DNA of 64,000 nucleotides from Roseovarius sp. (GCA_021775255.1 JAJFIA010000009.1:68772-132771); one strand, 5' to 3'. Numbered from the stretch's first letter, positions 23,672 through 33,327 are shown. Notes: a model not told the origin generated them from the sequence alone. Translations and numbers: made by a program.

Positions 23672-23704
23672 ATAGGGCCAGACCAGAGGTATCACTAAGG
23701 CCAG
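23672..23704 (-). promoter_or_regulatory. TauR-like direct repeat upstream of tpa
   Basis: Minus strand CTGGCCTTAG-N13-CTGGCCCTAT, 23-bp period. Confidence 0.55.
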
Positions 23705-23822
23705 AATTGCCATTTGTTGTACAAACACCCCGTAAGCCCCTGTTATTTATTTCAAAAAGAGAGCGGATAATGTAGTTATCAAATCTGCAATACCCTTACG
23801 GATATCCCTCAGGAGGATTGAT

Positions 23823-25334
23823 ATGGCCAATCCGCTTTATGACCGGCTATTTGCCAGGCATATCGGCAATGCAAAGCCATTTCTGACGCTGCCCGATGGC
23901 TGCAACCTGTCCTATGACAGCTTTTTGAAAAAGGCGGCGCAATTTGCCCATGTCTTCACCGCAGCCGGACTGGCCCCCGGTGACCGGGTGGCGGTTCAGG
24001 TTGCCAAATCACCCGAGGCTTTGGCGATCTATGCGGCCTGCGCACAGGCGGGGCTGATCTTTTTACCGCTCAATACCGGCTATACAGCGGCTGAGCTGGC
24101 CTATTTCGTTGAAAACAGCGGCGCGCGGATCATCATCTGTGATGCCTCTGTTCAGATGTCGCTTTCCCCGGTTGCATCTGCGGCGAATGCAGAACTGCAA
24201 ACCTTGAATGCCGATGGCAGCGGTACATTGGCGGATCAGGCACAGAACATGCCAGAACAGTATCCAACGATTCCGCGCACCAAGGATGATCTGGCGGCTC
24301 TGCTTTATACCTCGGGTACCACAGGCCGCTCAAAAGGGGCGATGCTGACACAGCGCAATCTTTTATCAAACTGCCTGACATTGGTGGAATGCTGGCGCTT
24401 CACCAAAGATGATGTGCTGTTGCATGCCCTGCCGATCTTTCACACCCATGGGTTGTTTGTGGCCACGAATATCATCCTCGCAGTTGGCGGCAGGATGCGA
24501 TTTCTGCCAAAGTTCGAGCCGGATCAGATCATCGCCCACCTGCCCGATGCTACCACGATGATGGGGGTGCCCACCTTCTACACAAGGCTGCTGAATGATC
24601 CCCGGCTGACCAAAAAACTGACCGGCAACATGCGGCTGTTCATTTCCGGCAGCGCGCCACTTCTGACGGATACCCATGAAGAATTCAAAGCCCGCACCGG
24701 CCATGAAATTCTTGAACGATACGGCATGACGGAAACCAATATGAATACGTCAAACCCCTATAACGGCGAGCGCCGCGCCGGCACTGTTGGCTTTGCCTTG
24801 CCGGATGTTGAACTGAAAATCACCGATCCCGACACTGGCAAGCCGATGCCCGTTGGCGAGGTAGGCCAGATCGAAGTGCGCGGGCCAAATGTCTTCACCG
24901 GCTATTGGCAGATGCCGGAAAAAACCGCTGAAGAGCTGCGGCCGAGCGGGTTTTTCATCACTGGTGATCTGGGCAAAATTGATGCCGATGGCTATGTGCA
25001 TATCATCGGGCGCGGCAAGGATCTTATCATCTCGGGCGGCTACAATATCTATCCCAAAGAAATCGAAGAAATGCTCGATGCCCAGCCCGGCGTGCTGGAA
25101 AGTGCTGTGATCGGTGTGCCCCACCCGGATATGGGCGAGGCGGTTCTGGCCGTGCTCATCGCGCAAAAAGATCAGGCGCCAGACATCCCCGCGATCACCG
25201 CCGCCATCTCAAAATCCCTGGCCCGGTTCAAACATCCCCGCCACTATGAAATCCTGCCACAGCTTCCGCGCAACACCATGGGAAAAGTGCAAAAGAATGC
25301 CCTGCGTGATACCTATAAAGATACCTTTCCCTGA
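23823..25334 (+). CDS. matB: Malonyl-CoA synthetase-type acyl-CoA ligase
   Basis: YTSGTTGRSKG, HALPIFHTHGLFVA, ERYGMTET, GYWQMPEKT, PRNTMGKVQK. Confidence 0.85.
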   Translation: MANPLYDRLFARHIGNAKPFLTLPDGCNLSYDSFLKKAAQFAHVFTAAGLAPGDRVAVQVAKSPEALAIYAACAQAGLIFLPLNTGYTAAELAYFVENSGARIIICDASVQMSLSPVASAANAELQTLNADGSGTLADQAQNMPEQYPTIPRTKDDLAALLYTSGTTGRSKGAMLTQRNLLSNCLTLVECWRFTKDDVLLHALPIFHTHGLFVATNIILAVGGRMRFLPKFEPDQIIAHLPDATTMMGVPTFYTRLLNDPRLTKKLTGNMRLFISGSAPLLTDTHEEFKARTGHEILERYGMTETNMNTSNPYNGERRAGTVGFALPDVELKITDPDTGKPMPVGEVGQIEVRGPNVFTGYWQMPEKTAEELRPSGFFITGDLGKIDADGYVHIIGRGKDLIISGGYNIYPKEIEEMLDAQPGVLESAVIGVPHPDMGEAVLAVLIAQKDQAPDIPAITAAISKSLARFKHPRHYEILPQLPRNTMGKVQKNALRDTYKDTFP

Positions 25335-25337
25335 TCC

Positions 25338-25361
25338 CTTTCATTTTTCCCTAAATACTCA
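25338..25361. repeat. Single arm of the AT-rich repeat that is paired at 48484-48543
   Basis: CTTTCATTTTTCCCTAAATACTCA, one mismatch to 48520-48543. Confidence 0.8.
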
Positions 25362-25420
25362 ATACAGCGTTTACCAAAAACCCTGAGGCCCGCTATTTGC
25401 ACCGCACATGCCACGGGGCT

Positions 25421-26449
25421 TCAGTTTTCAAACAGGTCCGTCTGATCCCGCCCCGTTGGCGGCGCCAGCTCCAGATGCTGCCAGCCGCGCGGGGCCAGCA
25501 TACGCCCGCGCGGGGTGCGCTGAATAAGGCCCTGTTGCAGCAAGAACGGCTCGATCACCTCTTCCAGCGCATCGCGCGATTCGCTCAAGGCGGCGCACAT
25601 GGTTTCAATCCCAACCGGACCGCCCTGATAGGCCTCGGCAATCAGCCGCATATAACGCCGGTCGGCCCCGTCACAGCCCAAAGGGTCAACCCCGAGCCGC
25701 GTCAGCGCATTATCCGCCAGGGCGCGCGTCACCCGCCCGTCGCCCTCGACCACGGCAAAATCCACCACCCGGCGCAACAGCCGCCCGGCAATGCGCGGCG
25801 TGCCGCGGGCGCGCTTGGCTATTTCGCGCGCACCTTCCGGATCGGCAGGCGTCTGCATTAGCCGCGCATTGCGGGTGACGATCTCATCCAGCTCGTCAAC
25901 AGTATAAAACTGCAACCGTGTCGGGATGCCAAACCGGTCGCGCAACGGCGTGGTCAAAAGGCCCAGGCGGGTGGTCGCCCCCACCAGCGTAAAGGGCTGC
26001 AATTCAATCCGCACCGTGCGCGCGGCGGGGCCTTCGCCGATCACCAGATCAAGCTCATAATCCTCCATCGCCGGGTAAAGCACCTCTTCCACCGCCGGGT
26101 TGAGCCGGTGAATCTCATCAATAAAAAGCACATCATTGGCTTCCAGATTGGTCAGGATCGCCGCCAGATCGCCGGCCTTGGCCAAAACCGGCCCCGAGGT
26201 CATGCGAAAGCCAACGCCAAGCTCCTTCGACATGATCTGCGCCAGCGTGGTCTTGCCCAGACCGGGCGGGCCGTAAAACAGCGTGTGATCCATCGCCTCG
26301 CCGCGTTGCCGGGCCGATTGGATGAATATTTTCAGATTGGCCCGCACCTCGGCCTGCCCGATGAATTCATCCAACGCCTGCGGCCGCAGGCTTTTGTCAC
26401 GGTCCTCAGGAAGCGGATCAGGGCGCAGTTGCGGATCAGGCTCAGACAT
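25421..26449 (-). CDS. ruvB: Holliday junction branch-migration helicase RuvB
   Basis: [38 protein letters not shown]. Confidence 0.98.
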   Translation of the reverse strand: MSEPDPQLRPDPLPEDRDKSLRPQALDEFIGQAEVRANLKIFIQSARQRGEAMDHTLFYGPPGLGKTTLAQIMSKELGVGFRMTSGPVLAKAGDLAAILTNLEANDVLFIDEIHRLNPAVEEVLYPAMEDYELDLVIGEGPAARTVRIELQPFTLVGATTRLGLLTTPLRDRFGIPTRLQFYTVDELDEIVTRNARLMQTPADPEGAREIAKRARGTPRIAGRLLRRVVDFAVVEGDGRVTRALADNALTRLGVDPLGCDGADRRYMRLIAEAYQGGPVGIETMCAALSESRDALEEVIEPFLLQQGLIQRTPRGRMLAPRGWQHLELAPPTGRDQTDLFEN

Positions 26450-26452
26450 GTC

Positions 26453-27118
26453 TCACCCCTTCGGTGCCAGAAGTTTAAGCGCCGCGCGAATGAGCGCCGG
26501 GGTTTCCGTCTCGGGCGTATCTAGTGCGGCCTGCGCCACGGCCCCTGCCGCCTCGGAGGGGGCATAACCCAGATTGCGCAACGCCGACAGGGCCTCGGCC
26601 TGTGCGTTTGAACCCGGCGGCGGGGGTGGCACGGGTGATGGCATGGCGATGTCTTCAATCACGTCATCCGGGGCCTGTGCCTGTGCCTGTGCCGGGGCGG
26701 CCCCCATGGCCATCACAGCCGGGGCCTTGTCTTTGAGTTCAATCACCACCCGCTGCGCGGTTTTAGGGCCCACGCCCTTGGCCGCTTTCAGGGAATTCCA
26801 ATCACCCAAAGCAATCGCCCGGCCCACACCGTCCGGCCCCAATGCGCCCAGAATGGCCATCGAGGCCTTGGCGCCAATGCCCTGCACGCTCATCAGCAAA
26901 CGGTGCCATTCCTTTTCCACCAGCGAGGTAAAACCAAAAAGTTGCAGATTATCCTCGCGCACCAGAAGATCGGTATAAAGCGCCACATGCTCACCCACTC
27001 GTGGTAGGGCAAAAAGCGTGCGTTCACTGCAATAAACCAGATAGCCAACCCCGCGCACATCAATCAGCACATGATCCAAAGCGCGGTAATCTACCCGCCC
27101 GGCAATCCGCCCGATCAT
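26453..27118 (-). CDS. ruvA: Holliday junction DNA-binding protein RuvA
   Basis: [37 protein letters not shown]. Confidence 0.96.
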   Translation of the reverse strand: MIGRIAGRVDYRALDHVLIDVRGVGYLVYCSERTLFALPRVGEHVALYTDLLVREDNLQLFGFTSLVEKEWHRLLMSVQGIGAKASMAILGALGPDGVGRAIALGDWNSLKAAKGVGPKTAQRVVIELKDKAPAVMAMGAAPAQAQAQAPDDVIEDIAMPSPVPPPPPGSNAQAEALSALRNLGYAPSEAAGAVAQAALDTPETETPALIRAALKLLAPKG

Positions 27119-27621
27119 GCGTTTGCCCTCAGGGCGGCGCGGGCGATCACATCCCTGGTGCGGGTATGATGCGCGTGACAGATGGCAATCGCCAGCGCAT
27201 CCGCCGCATCGGCCCCGGCCAGATCAACGCCGGGCAGTTGCACCCGCACCATATGCGCCACCTGCCCCTTGTCGGCATGGCCCACGCCAACGACCGTTTT
27301 CTTGACCTTGTTGGGCGCGTATTCGCCCACACACAGGCCAAACTGCGCCGGCACCAGCATGGCAATCCCGCGCGCCTGCCCCAGTTTCAATGTGGCCACA
27401 CCGTCTTTGTTTACAAAGGTCTGCTCAACCGCCGCCGTATCCGGCGCATAGCGCGTCATGATTGCAGTGAGTTGCTGATGCAGCGACAAAAGCCGCGCCG
27501 ACAGATCATCGCCGCAGGATTTGCAAATGCCGTTGCCCACATGGCTCAGACGGCTGCCATCCACGTCAATCACGCCCCAGCCCATGTTCCGTAACCCCGG
27601 ATCAATGCCCAAAACCCGCAT
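27115..27621 (-). CDS. ruvC: Crossover junction endodeoxyribonuclease RuvC
   Basis: [29 protein letters not shown]. Confidence 0.96.
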   Translation of the reverse strand: MRVLGIDPGLRNMGWGVIDVDGSRLSHVGNGICKSCGDDLSARLLSLHQQLTAIMTRYAPDTAAVEQTFVNKDGVATLKLGQARGIAMLVPAQFGLCVGEYAPNKVKKTVVGVGHADKGQVAHMVRVQLPGVDLAGADAADALAIAICHAHHTRTRDVIARAALRANA

Positions 27622-27659
27622 GAATTTGCCCTGCTTTGTTCTTGTTTTTCCAAGCCCTA

Positions 27660-27674
27660 GCACGAAACGGGAAC
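27660..27674. promoter_or_regulatory. Candidate alphaproteobacterial LexA (SOS) box
   Basis: GCAC-GAAACGG-GAAC, one mismatch to GAAC-N7-GAAC, about 40 bp upstream of ruvC. Confidence 0.5.
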
Positions 27675-27886
27675 AAACGCCAAGAAGATAACGGATGCCT
27701 GTAGTGTCAAAGCTTATCCGACACCCGGAATTACCCATAAATAACATTGGATTACCCAAATCTGAGCCATGCAGAAAATGCATATGGACTATGCGTTTTT
27801 TGCTGCTTGTGGCGGAGATATTACACGCCTACCTGCCGCAACAGAAACGAATTGGCATATCGCCCCGAACCTGAAGGAAGAAAATC

Positions 27887-28087
27887 ATGGCCGTCATCGA
27901 CAGCACCCGCTCGCACGCCTCCCCTCTGGCCATCATTGGTCAGGTCTTCACCCGCCTTGTCGGCAAATACACCGTCTGGAAAGACGCCCGCGAAACACGC
28001 AAAGCCCTGTCGCAGCTTTCTGACCGCGAGCTTGCAGATATTGGCATCAGCCGTGGCGAAATCGAGAATATCGTAAGCCACCACTAA
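27887..28087 (+). CDS. DUF1127 small protein
   Basis: RETRKALSQLSDRELADIGISRGEI signature; GAAGGAAG RBS. Confidence 0.9.
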   Translation: MAVIDSTRSHASPLAIIGQVFTRLVGKYTVWKDARETRKALSQLSDRELADIGISRGEIENIVSHH

Positions 28088-28095
28088 AGAAAAAA

Positions 28096-28134
28096 CGTAT
28101 CGGGATAATCAAATCGAATGATCGTCCCGGTACG
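28096..28134. terminator. Hairpin between convergent DUF1127 and DUF4242 genes
   Basis: CGTATCGGGA...TCCCGGTACG stem preceded by an A-run. Confidence 0.5.
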
Positions 28135-28169
28135 CCTTTGATTCAACGCTTGTTAAAGCTGCCACTGAA

Positions 28170-28445
28170 TTAATTATTGGCAGTCAAAGGGTCAATGATT
28201 TGCGGAACCTCTGTGATATTTGAGAACGGAATGCCGCTAAGATCAGCATGTGATCTGATCTCATCTTCGCCTTTGGCCAAATAGACACAGAAAGTCTTAT
28301 TTCTGGCAACATAAGAATGCTGCCACTGAATATCTGGTCCGAGGGTGGCCAATGCCTGATTCGAAGCGCGGGCAGCGCCACAAAGTTCGGTCAGGGAAAA
28401 TTCTCCAATTCCTGGAATATCGCGTTCGATGATATAGCGTTTCAT
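28170..28445 (-). CDS. DUF4242-family small protein
   Basis: YIIERDIPG, IQWQHSYV, KTFCVYLA, IRSHA pattern. Confidence 0.8.
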   Translation of the reverse strand: MKRYIIERDIPGIGEFSLTELCGAARASNQALATLGPDIQWQHSYVARNKTFCVYLAKGEDEIRSHADLSGIPFSNITEVPQIIDPLTANN

Positions 28446-28540
28446 TTTGTTGATCCTTTTTGGTTATCTGTTGAAGCCCGGGTACCATCACAATGAGATA
28501 TGTTAAGCCGGATTCAAAACTCAAATTTCTTTAGCTTACG

Positions 28541-28595
28541 AAAGGTAGCCTTTATTAATAGGCCTTGACTATTTGCGCGCTAAAGGTAACCTTTA
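28541..28595. promoter_or_regulatory. Two palindromic boxes between DUF4242 and LysR genes
   Basis: AAAGG-TAG-CCTTTA (28541-28554) and AAAGG-TAA-CCTTTA (28582-28595). Confidence 0.55.
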
Positions 28596-28599
28596 CCAA

Positions 28600-29529
28600 A
28601 TGACCGCTACCACCCATCTCAAATCGTTGCAGGCGCTGGAAATGGCTATTCGGGAAGGCACGCTAAAGGCGGCGGCCGGTCGGTTGGGCATCACCCCTGC
28701 GGCCGTGGGTCAGCGTATTCGCGCTTTGGAAGACTACCTTGGCACTGATCTGTTATTGCGGGGGCGTTCCGGGCTGCAGCCTACAGCCGAACTTGAACAT
28801 GCGCTGGCCGATTTGCAGGCCGGTTTTACCGCCCTTGAGCGCGTGACCGAAACATTGGATTTTCAGCGTGTCAGCGAAATTCACATAGTGGCTGAACCTG
28901 ATTGGGCAGAACTTTGGCTGACACCGCGTCTGCAGGCATTTCGTGAGGCGCATCCCAACATTTTGTTTTGCATAAATGGCTCGGGTGATGTGCCGCTGCG
29001 ATTGGGCGAACCCGATCTGCGTATCACTTATGGGGAAGGGCCGGGTGAGCCGCTTTTCAGGGATTGTTATTTGCCGGTTACAGGCCCTGACAATCTTCGG
29101 CGCATCGCAGATTGGGACCCGGTCTTGCAAATGGAGGGACTGCCGCTTTTACATCTGAAATCTCAACGCGGGCAAGAGGATTATCCCGGATGGGTACAAT
29201 GGTTTGATAAATTCGGACACCGGCAGGAAGGGCCGGACCGTGGTGTGCATTATAAAAACGCCCGCATAGCGCTTGAAGCCGTGCGTCAGGATGTTGGTTT
29301 TCTGCTGTGCGGTCTGTCTCTGGTTCTGAATGATCTTGAAACCGGTGCAATAGTGCACCCTTATCCAGCGTCATGGCATATTGTGGCACCGAGCCCCTAC
29401 ATGATGCAAATACACAATAAATCCGGGGTCCGGCCCCAGATTCAGAAATTTATTGCATGGTTGCGCGACATGGCCAGCGACACCAAAAGGCAAATTGAAA
29501 GCATGACAGCCCCTGATACACCCGGATAA
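28600..29529 (+). CDS. LysR-family regulator (GcvA-like)
   Basis: LKAAAGRLGITPAAVGQRIRALEDYLG HTH; LTPRLQAFREAHPNI. Confidence 0.9.
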   Translation: MTATTHLKSLQALEMAIREGTLKAAAGRLGITPAAVGQRIRALEDYLGTDLLLRGRSGLQPTAELEHALADLQAGFTALERVTETLDFQRVSEIHIVAEPDWAELWLTPRLQAFREAHPNILFCINGSGDVPLRLGEPDLRITYGEGPGEPLFRDCYLPVTGPDNLRRIADWDPVLQMEGLPLLHLKSQRGQEDYPGWVQWFDKFGHRQEGPDRGVHYKNARIALEAVRQDVGFLLCGLSLVLNDLETGAIVHPYPASWHIVAPSPYMMQIHNKSGVRPQIQKFIAWLRDMASDTKRQIESMTAPDTPG

Positions 29530-29647
29530 TTCAGAGTATGATGGTGTTCACCTCGTCACATTGTTGTGGCAATGTTGCAACCGAAGTATTCAGATGCTGG
29601 TAAATCTGTTGGTACCAGCTATGGTCCCTGCAAAATCTCAAAACCAT

Positions 29648-30553
29648 ATGAAGGACCGCCCATTGACCCGACCCCTTGCCGGAATTGTCACCCCCCTTTT
29701 GACTCCTTACGCGGATGATCTGACGATTGCCATGGATCTCTATCTGGGTCACGCGGCGGATTGTCTGGCGCAGGGCTCGCATTATCTTTCGCCTTTCGGC
29801 ACCACCGGCGAAGCGCTGTCAAATTCCATGCGCGAACGGATGTCGGTGCTTGAGGCGTTGATCACATCGAACACGGCTGAGGGCGCGCAGCTTCTCCCCG
29901 GTGCCGGGCTTTGCTCGGCCGGGGAAACCCTTGATCTCACCCGCCATGCCGTTGATCTGGGATGCGTGGCTGTGATGCTGCTGCCGCCGTTTTTCCATAA
30001 ACCTGTCGATGATGACGGGCTCTATCGCCACTACGCCGGGCTGATCGAGGCCCTTGGTGCAAAGGCCCCCATGATCATTCTTTACAATATCCCGCAAAAT
30101 ACCGGCGTGGCGATAACGCCCGCCCTCGCGGCGCGACTCAATCAGGCCTATCCTGAGATTGTGACCGCCTACAAGGATAGCTCGGGCGATTGGGACAATA
30201 CCCTGGCGGTGATGCGCGCCGCGCCGGGCATCACCATGTTCCCCTCGTCCGAGACCAAACTGGCCGAAGGTATTGCCCTTGGCGCGGGCGGCTGCATTTC
30301 CGCCAGTTGCAATTCCAACACCAGGGCCATCCGCACGATGTATGAGGCGGCGCAGGCGGGGGATGCTGCGGCTGTTTCCGCCTTGCAACCGGGGCTTGAG
30401 GCGCACCGGCTGGCGCTCCAGAAGGCCGGGCTGATCAGCGGGTTGAAAAGCCTCAAAGCGTATCAATCCGGCGATGCGCGCTGGCTTAACCTCAGGGCAC
30501 CGCATTGCAATGCCGACCCTGCAATCGGCGCCGCATTGGCCGCAACGCTTTAA
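29648..30553 (+). CDS. DapA/NAL-family class I aldolase
   Basis: GTTGEA, LYNIPQNTG, YKDSSGD (Schiff-base Lys). Confidence 0.85.
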   Translation: MKDRPLTRPLAGIVTPLLTPYADDLTIAMDLYLGHAADCLAQGSHYLSPFGTTGEALSNSMRERMSVLEALITSNTAEGAQLLPGAGLCSAGETLDLTRHAVDLGCVAVMLLPPFFHKPVDDDGLYRHYAGLIEALGAKAPMIILYNIPQNTGVAITPALAARLNQAYPEIVTAYKDSSGDWDNTLAVMRAAPGITMFPSSETKLAEGIALGAGGCISASCNSNTRAIRTMYEAAQAGDAAAVSALQPGLEAHRLALQKAGLISGLKSLKAYQSGDARWLNLRAPHCNADPAIGAALAATL

Positions 30554-31455
30554 CGACGCTGCAATTTAACCGGAATTTCACGCGCCAGGCGAATGAGATG
30601 CGCCATAAAGGGTTTGTCGGCATCCGCCTCCCGGATCGCGGCATAAAGCCGCTTGGTCAGGCCGTTTTCCGTCAGCGGGCGGGTCACGTAATCGCCACTG
30701 GTTTTAACCTCGCGCACCACCCAATCGGGCAAAACCGAAACCCCGCGATTCGAGGCCACCAGCAGCAGGATCACCGCGGTCAGCTCAACCTGCCGCATGG
30801 CTTTCGGCTCAACCTTGGCGGGGGTCAGCAATTCGGTGAAAACATCCAGCCGCGAGCGATCCACCGGGTAGGTGATCAGCATTTCATCGCGAAAATCCGC
30901 TGCCTCGATGAAAGATTTTTGCGCCAGGGGATGCTGGCTTGAGGCCACGAAAACCGGCTCGTAATCAAATAACGGCTTGAAAACTACCCCCGGCAAGTCC
31001 TCAGGATCAGAGGAGACCACCAGATCGACCTCTTCCTTGATCAGCGCAGGCAGCGCATCAAACGCCAGCCCGGGGCGGATATCCACATCCACCTCGCCCC
31101 AGCTTTTGCGAAACTGTTCCAGCACCGGAAACAGCCATTCAAAACAGGCGTGGCATTCGATCGCCATATGCAGCCGCCCGGCACTGCCCTCGCGCACGCC
31201 TTCAAATTCGGCCTCAAGCGCGTCAATTTCCGGCAGGATTTTATTGGCAAGTGCCAGCAACCGATGCCCTGCCGCCGACAGTTTCAACGGCTTTGAGCGG
31301 CGCACGAACAATTCCACCCCGGCCTGATCCTCAAGCCCCTTGATCTGATGGCTCAGCGCCGATTGGGTGATGTGCAAAACCTCGGCCGCCCGCGCCAGCC
31401 CACCGGATTGGTGAATCGCCCGGATGGTGCGCAGATGGCGGAACTCGATATGCAT
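30550..31455 (-). CDS. metR: LysR regulator MetR
   Basis: HITQSALSHQIK, AIECHACFEWLFP; divergent from metF. Confidence 0.9.
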   Translation of the reverse strand: MHIEFRHLRTIRAIHQSGGLARAAEVLHITQSALSHQIKGLEDQAGVELFVRRSKPLKLSAAGHRLLALANKILPEIDALEAEFEGVREGSAGRLHMAIECHACFEWLFPVLEQFRKSWGEVDVDIRPGLAFDALPALIKEEVDLVVSSDPEDLPGVVFKPLFDYEPVFVASSQHPLAQKSFIEAADFRDEMLITYPVDRSRLDVFTELLTPAKVEPKAMRQVELTAVILLLVASNRGVSVLPDWVVREVKTSGDYVTRPLTENGLTKRLYAAIREADADKPFMAHLIRLAREIPVKLQRR

Positions 31456-31488
31456 ATATTAGCAATCCTCATTTTGATCGTGAATTTT

Positions 31489-31503
31489 ATGAAGTTGTCT
31501 CAT
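31489..31503. promoter_or_regulatory. Candidate MetR-binding site
   Basis: ATGA-AGTTGTC-TCAT palindrome with LysR T-N11-A geometry between metR and metF. Confidence 0.6.
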
Positions 31504-31535
31504 GATGCTGTACCTGCAACAAAAGCTCAACCTGA

Positions 31536-31648
31536 TAAAGCGTTTCGCATTCAATTTAAGTCATGAATTGAACGCGAAACGCACACAGCATAACTAGGTT
31601 TCGAGCGTTTCGCCTCGTTTCCAACTTAAAACAATGCGAAACGCTTTA
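31536..31648. mobile_element. MITE-like element with 16-bp perfect terminal inverted repeats
   Basis: TAAAGCGTTTCGCATT ... AATGCGAAACGCTTTA, with two further internal copies of the 9-mer core. Confidence 0.5.
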
Positions 31649-31663
31649 AATAGGATCAAGCCA

Positions 31664-32536
31664 ATGCACACGCCCACCGTTTCCTTTGAATTTTTTCCGC
31701 CCAAATCGCTGGATGGCTCGTTTCAACTGTGGCAGGCAGCGCAGACGCTTGCCCCGCTTGATCCGAAATTTGTCTCGGTCACCTATGGCGCGGGCGGCAC
31801 CACCCGCAAACTGACCCGCGAGGCGGTGGGCGCGCTGCATAAATCAACCGGCCTCAATGTGGCCGCGCATCTGACCTGTGTTGAGGCCAGCCGCGATGAG
31901 ACCCTTGCCGTTGCCGATGAGTTTGCCGCCGCCGGGGTTTCCGAGATCGTGGCCCTGCGGGGCGATCCGCCCAAGGGCGCAGAGCGTTTCACCCCGCATC
32001 CATCGGGCTTCAGGGACAGTTGTGAGCTGATCTCGGCGCTGGCTGATACCGGCAAATTCAACATCCGCGTGGGTGCCTACCCCGAGGCCCATCCCGAAGC
32101 CCAAAGCGCCAGTGCCGACATCAACTGGCTCAAACGCAAATTTGAGGCGGGCGCCTGCGAGGCGATTACCCAGTTTTTCTTTGAGGCCGAGACATTTTTC
32201 CGCTTCCGAGATGCCTGCGAAAAGGCCGGGATAGACGCGCCGATCATTCCCGGCATCCTGCCGATTGAAAACTGGCAGGGCACGCGCAAATTTGCCGCCC
32301 GCTGTGGTGCCGGCATCCCCGGCTGGCTGGATGATGCGTTTGACAGGGCCGACCGCCATGGCGAAGGCCGTCATGATCTGCTGGCCACGGCGATTGCAAC
32401 CGAGCTTTGCACAGACCTGATCGAAGGGGGCGTGGACCATCTGCATTTTTACACCCTCAACACGCCTGATCTGACCCGTGATATATGTCATGCGCTGGGC
32501 GTGACATCACGCGCCGAGCTGCGGGACGTGGCGTAA
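31664..32536 (+). CDS. metF: 5,10-methylenetetrahydrofolate reductase
   Basis: SFEFFPPK, VSVTYGAGG, AAHLTC, LRGDPP, ITQFFF, HFYTLN. Confidence 0.96.
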   Translation: MHTPTVSFEFFPPKSLDGSFQLWQAAQTLAPLDPKFVSVTYGAGGTTRKLTREAVGALHKSTGLNVAAHLTCVEASRDETLAVADEFAAAGVSEIVALRGDPPKGAERFTPHPSGFRDSCELISALADTGKFNIRVGAYPEAHPEAQSASADINWLKRKFEAGACEAITQFFFEAETFFRFRDACEKAGIDAPIIPGILPIENWQGTRKFAARCGAGIPGWLDDAFDRADRHGEGRHDLLATAIATELCTDLIEGGVDHLHFYTLNTPDLTRDICHALGVTSRAELRDVA

Positions 32537-32620
32537 ACCACGCAAAAATACCCATCCCTGTGGGTTGAAAGCCTCCCTCTTGTGCTGTCTTGTTTTGCAG
32601 CATGAGAGGGAGCGCTTGAC

Positions 32621-33106
32621 ATGGCAAGGAAAACCGCAAAATCACTGGATGAGTTGCCGGATTGGGGCGATCTGACATCACGCTCGGGCCTGGAATTCAT
32701 GCAAGATGTGCTTAAGGGCGAATTGGCCGGGCCGCCGATCGGGGCCACCATGGGATTTTGGCCAACAGAGGTGCAGGATGGCCGCGTGGTGTTTGAGGGC
32801 ACACCTGAATTCAACAGCACCAACCCGATGCGCGGGGTGCATGGCGGCTGGTACGGGGCCATTCTGGATAGCTGCATGGCCTGCGCTGTGATGACAAAAC
32901 TGCCGCAAGGCACGATCTATACAACGCTGGAATACAAGATAAATATCACCCGCGCGATCCCTCCGGGCACCAGGGTTCAGGCCATAGGCAGGGTTCAGCA
33001 TGGCGGGCGTTCTACCGGGGTTGCCAATGGCGAAATCCGCGGCGTTGAGGATGAAAGGCTCTATGCCACCGGATCAACCACCTGTTTGATCATGAAAGCC
33101 CAGTAA
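32621..33106 (+). CDS. PaaI-family thioesterase
   Basis: NPMRGVHGGWYGAILDSCMAC, TTLEYKINI. Confidence 0.9.
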   Translation: MARKTAKSLDELPDWGDLTSRSGLEFMQDVLKGELAGPPIGATMGFWPTEVQDGRVVFEGTPEFNSTNPMRGVHGGWYGAILDSCMACAVMTKLPQGTIYTTLEYKINITRAIPPGTRVQAIGRVQHGGRSTGVANGEIRGVEDERLYATGSTTCLIMKAQ

Positions 33107-33153
33107 TCACATAATGGGCATCTGCCCCCCCCGTGATCCATACCTGCCCGGAA

Positions 33154-33204
33154 ATGCCCAAGGTGTGGATTCCATTGGGCGGTGGTGGCACCCTGAGCAA
33201 CTGA
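33154..33204 (+). other. Candidate small ORF MPKVWIPLGGGGTLSN (alternative starts GTG 33133, TTG 33175)
   Basis: Ends GGTGGCACCCTGAGCAACTGA, 19/21 identical to 13966-13986. Confidence 0.4.
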
Positions 33205-33224
33205 AGCATCTGAAAAAGAACCAA

Positions 33225-33254
33225 AGCAGCCCCGGTATTTTCCGGGGCTGTTTT
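33225..33254 (+). terminator. Intrinsic terminator related to that at 13996-14024
   Basis: AGCAGCCCCGG-TATTTT-CCGGGGCTGTT plus T-run. Confidence 0.8.
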
Positions 33255-33327
33255 CATGTGTGGATAGTAGGATTGGTGGGGGGAAAACGCACCGGAAAGA
33301 ATTTTGCAATCGGGTTTAGCCCTCTCG

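Noticed and set aside
26672-26691. (GCCTGT)3 tandem repeat in ruvA
   Set aside because: In-frame AQAQAQ in the variable RuvA linker; cannot phase-shift the frame.
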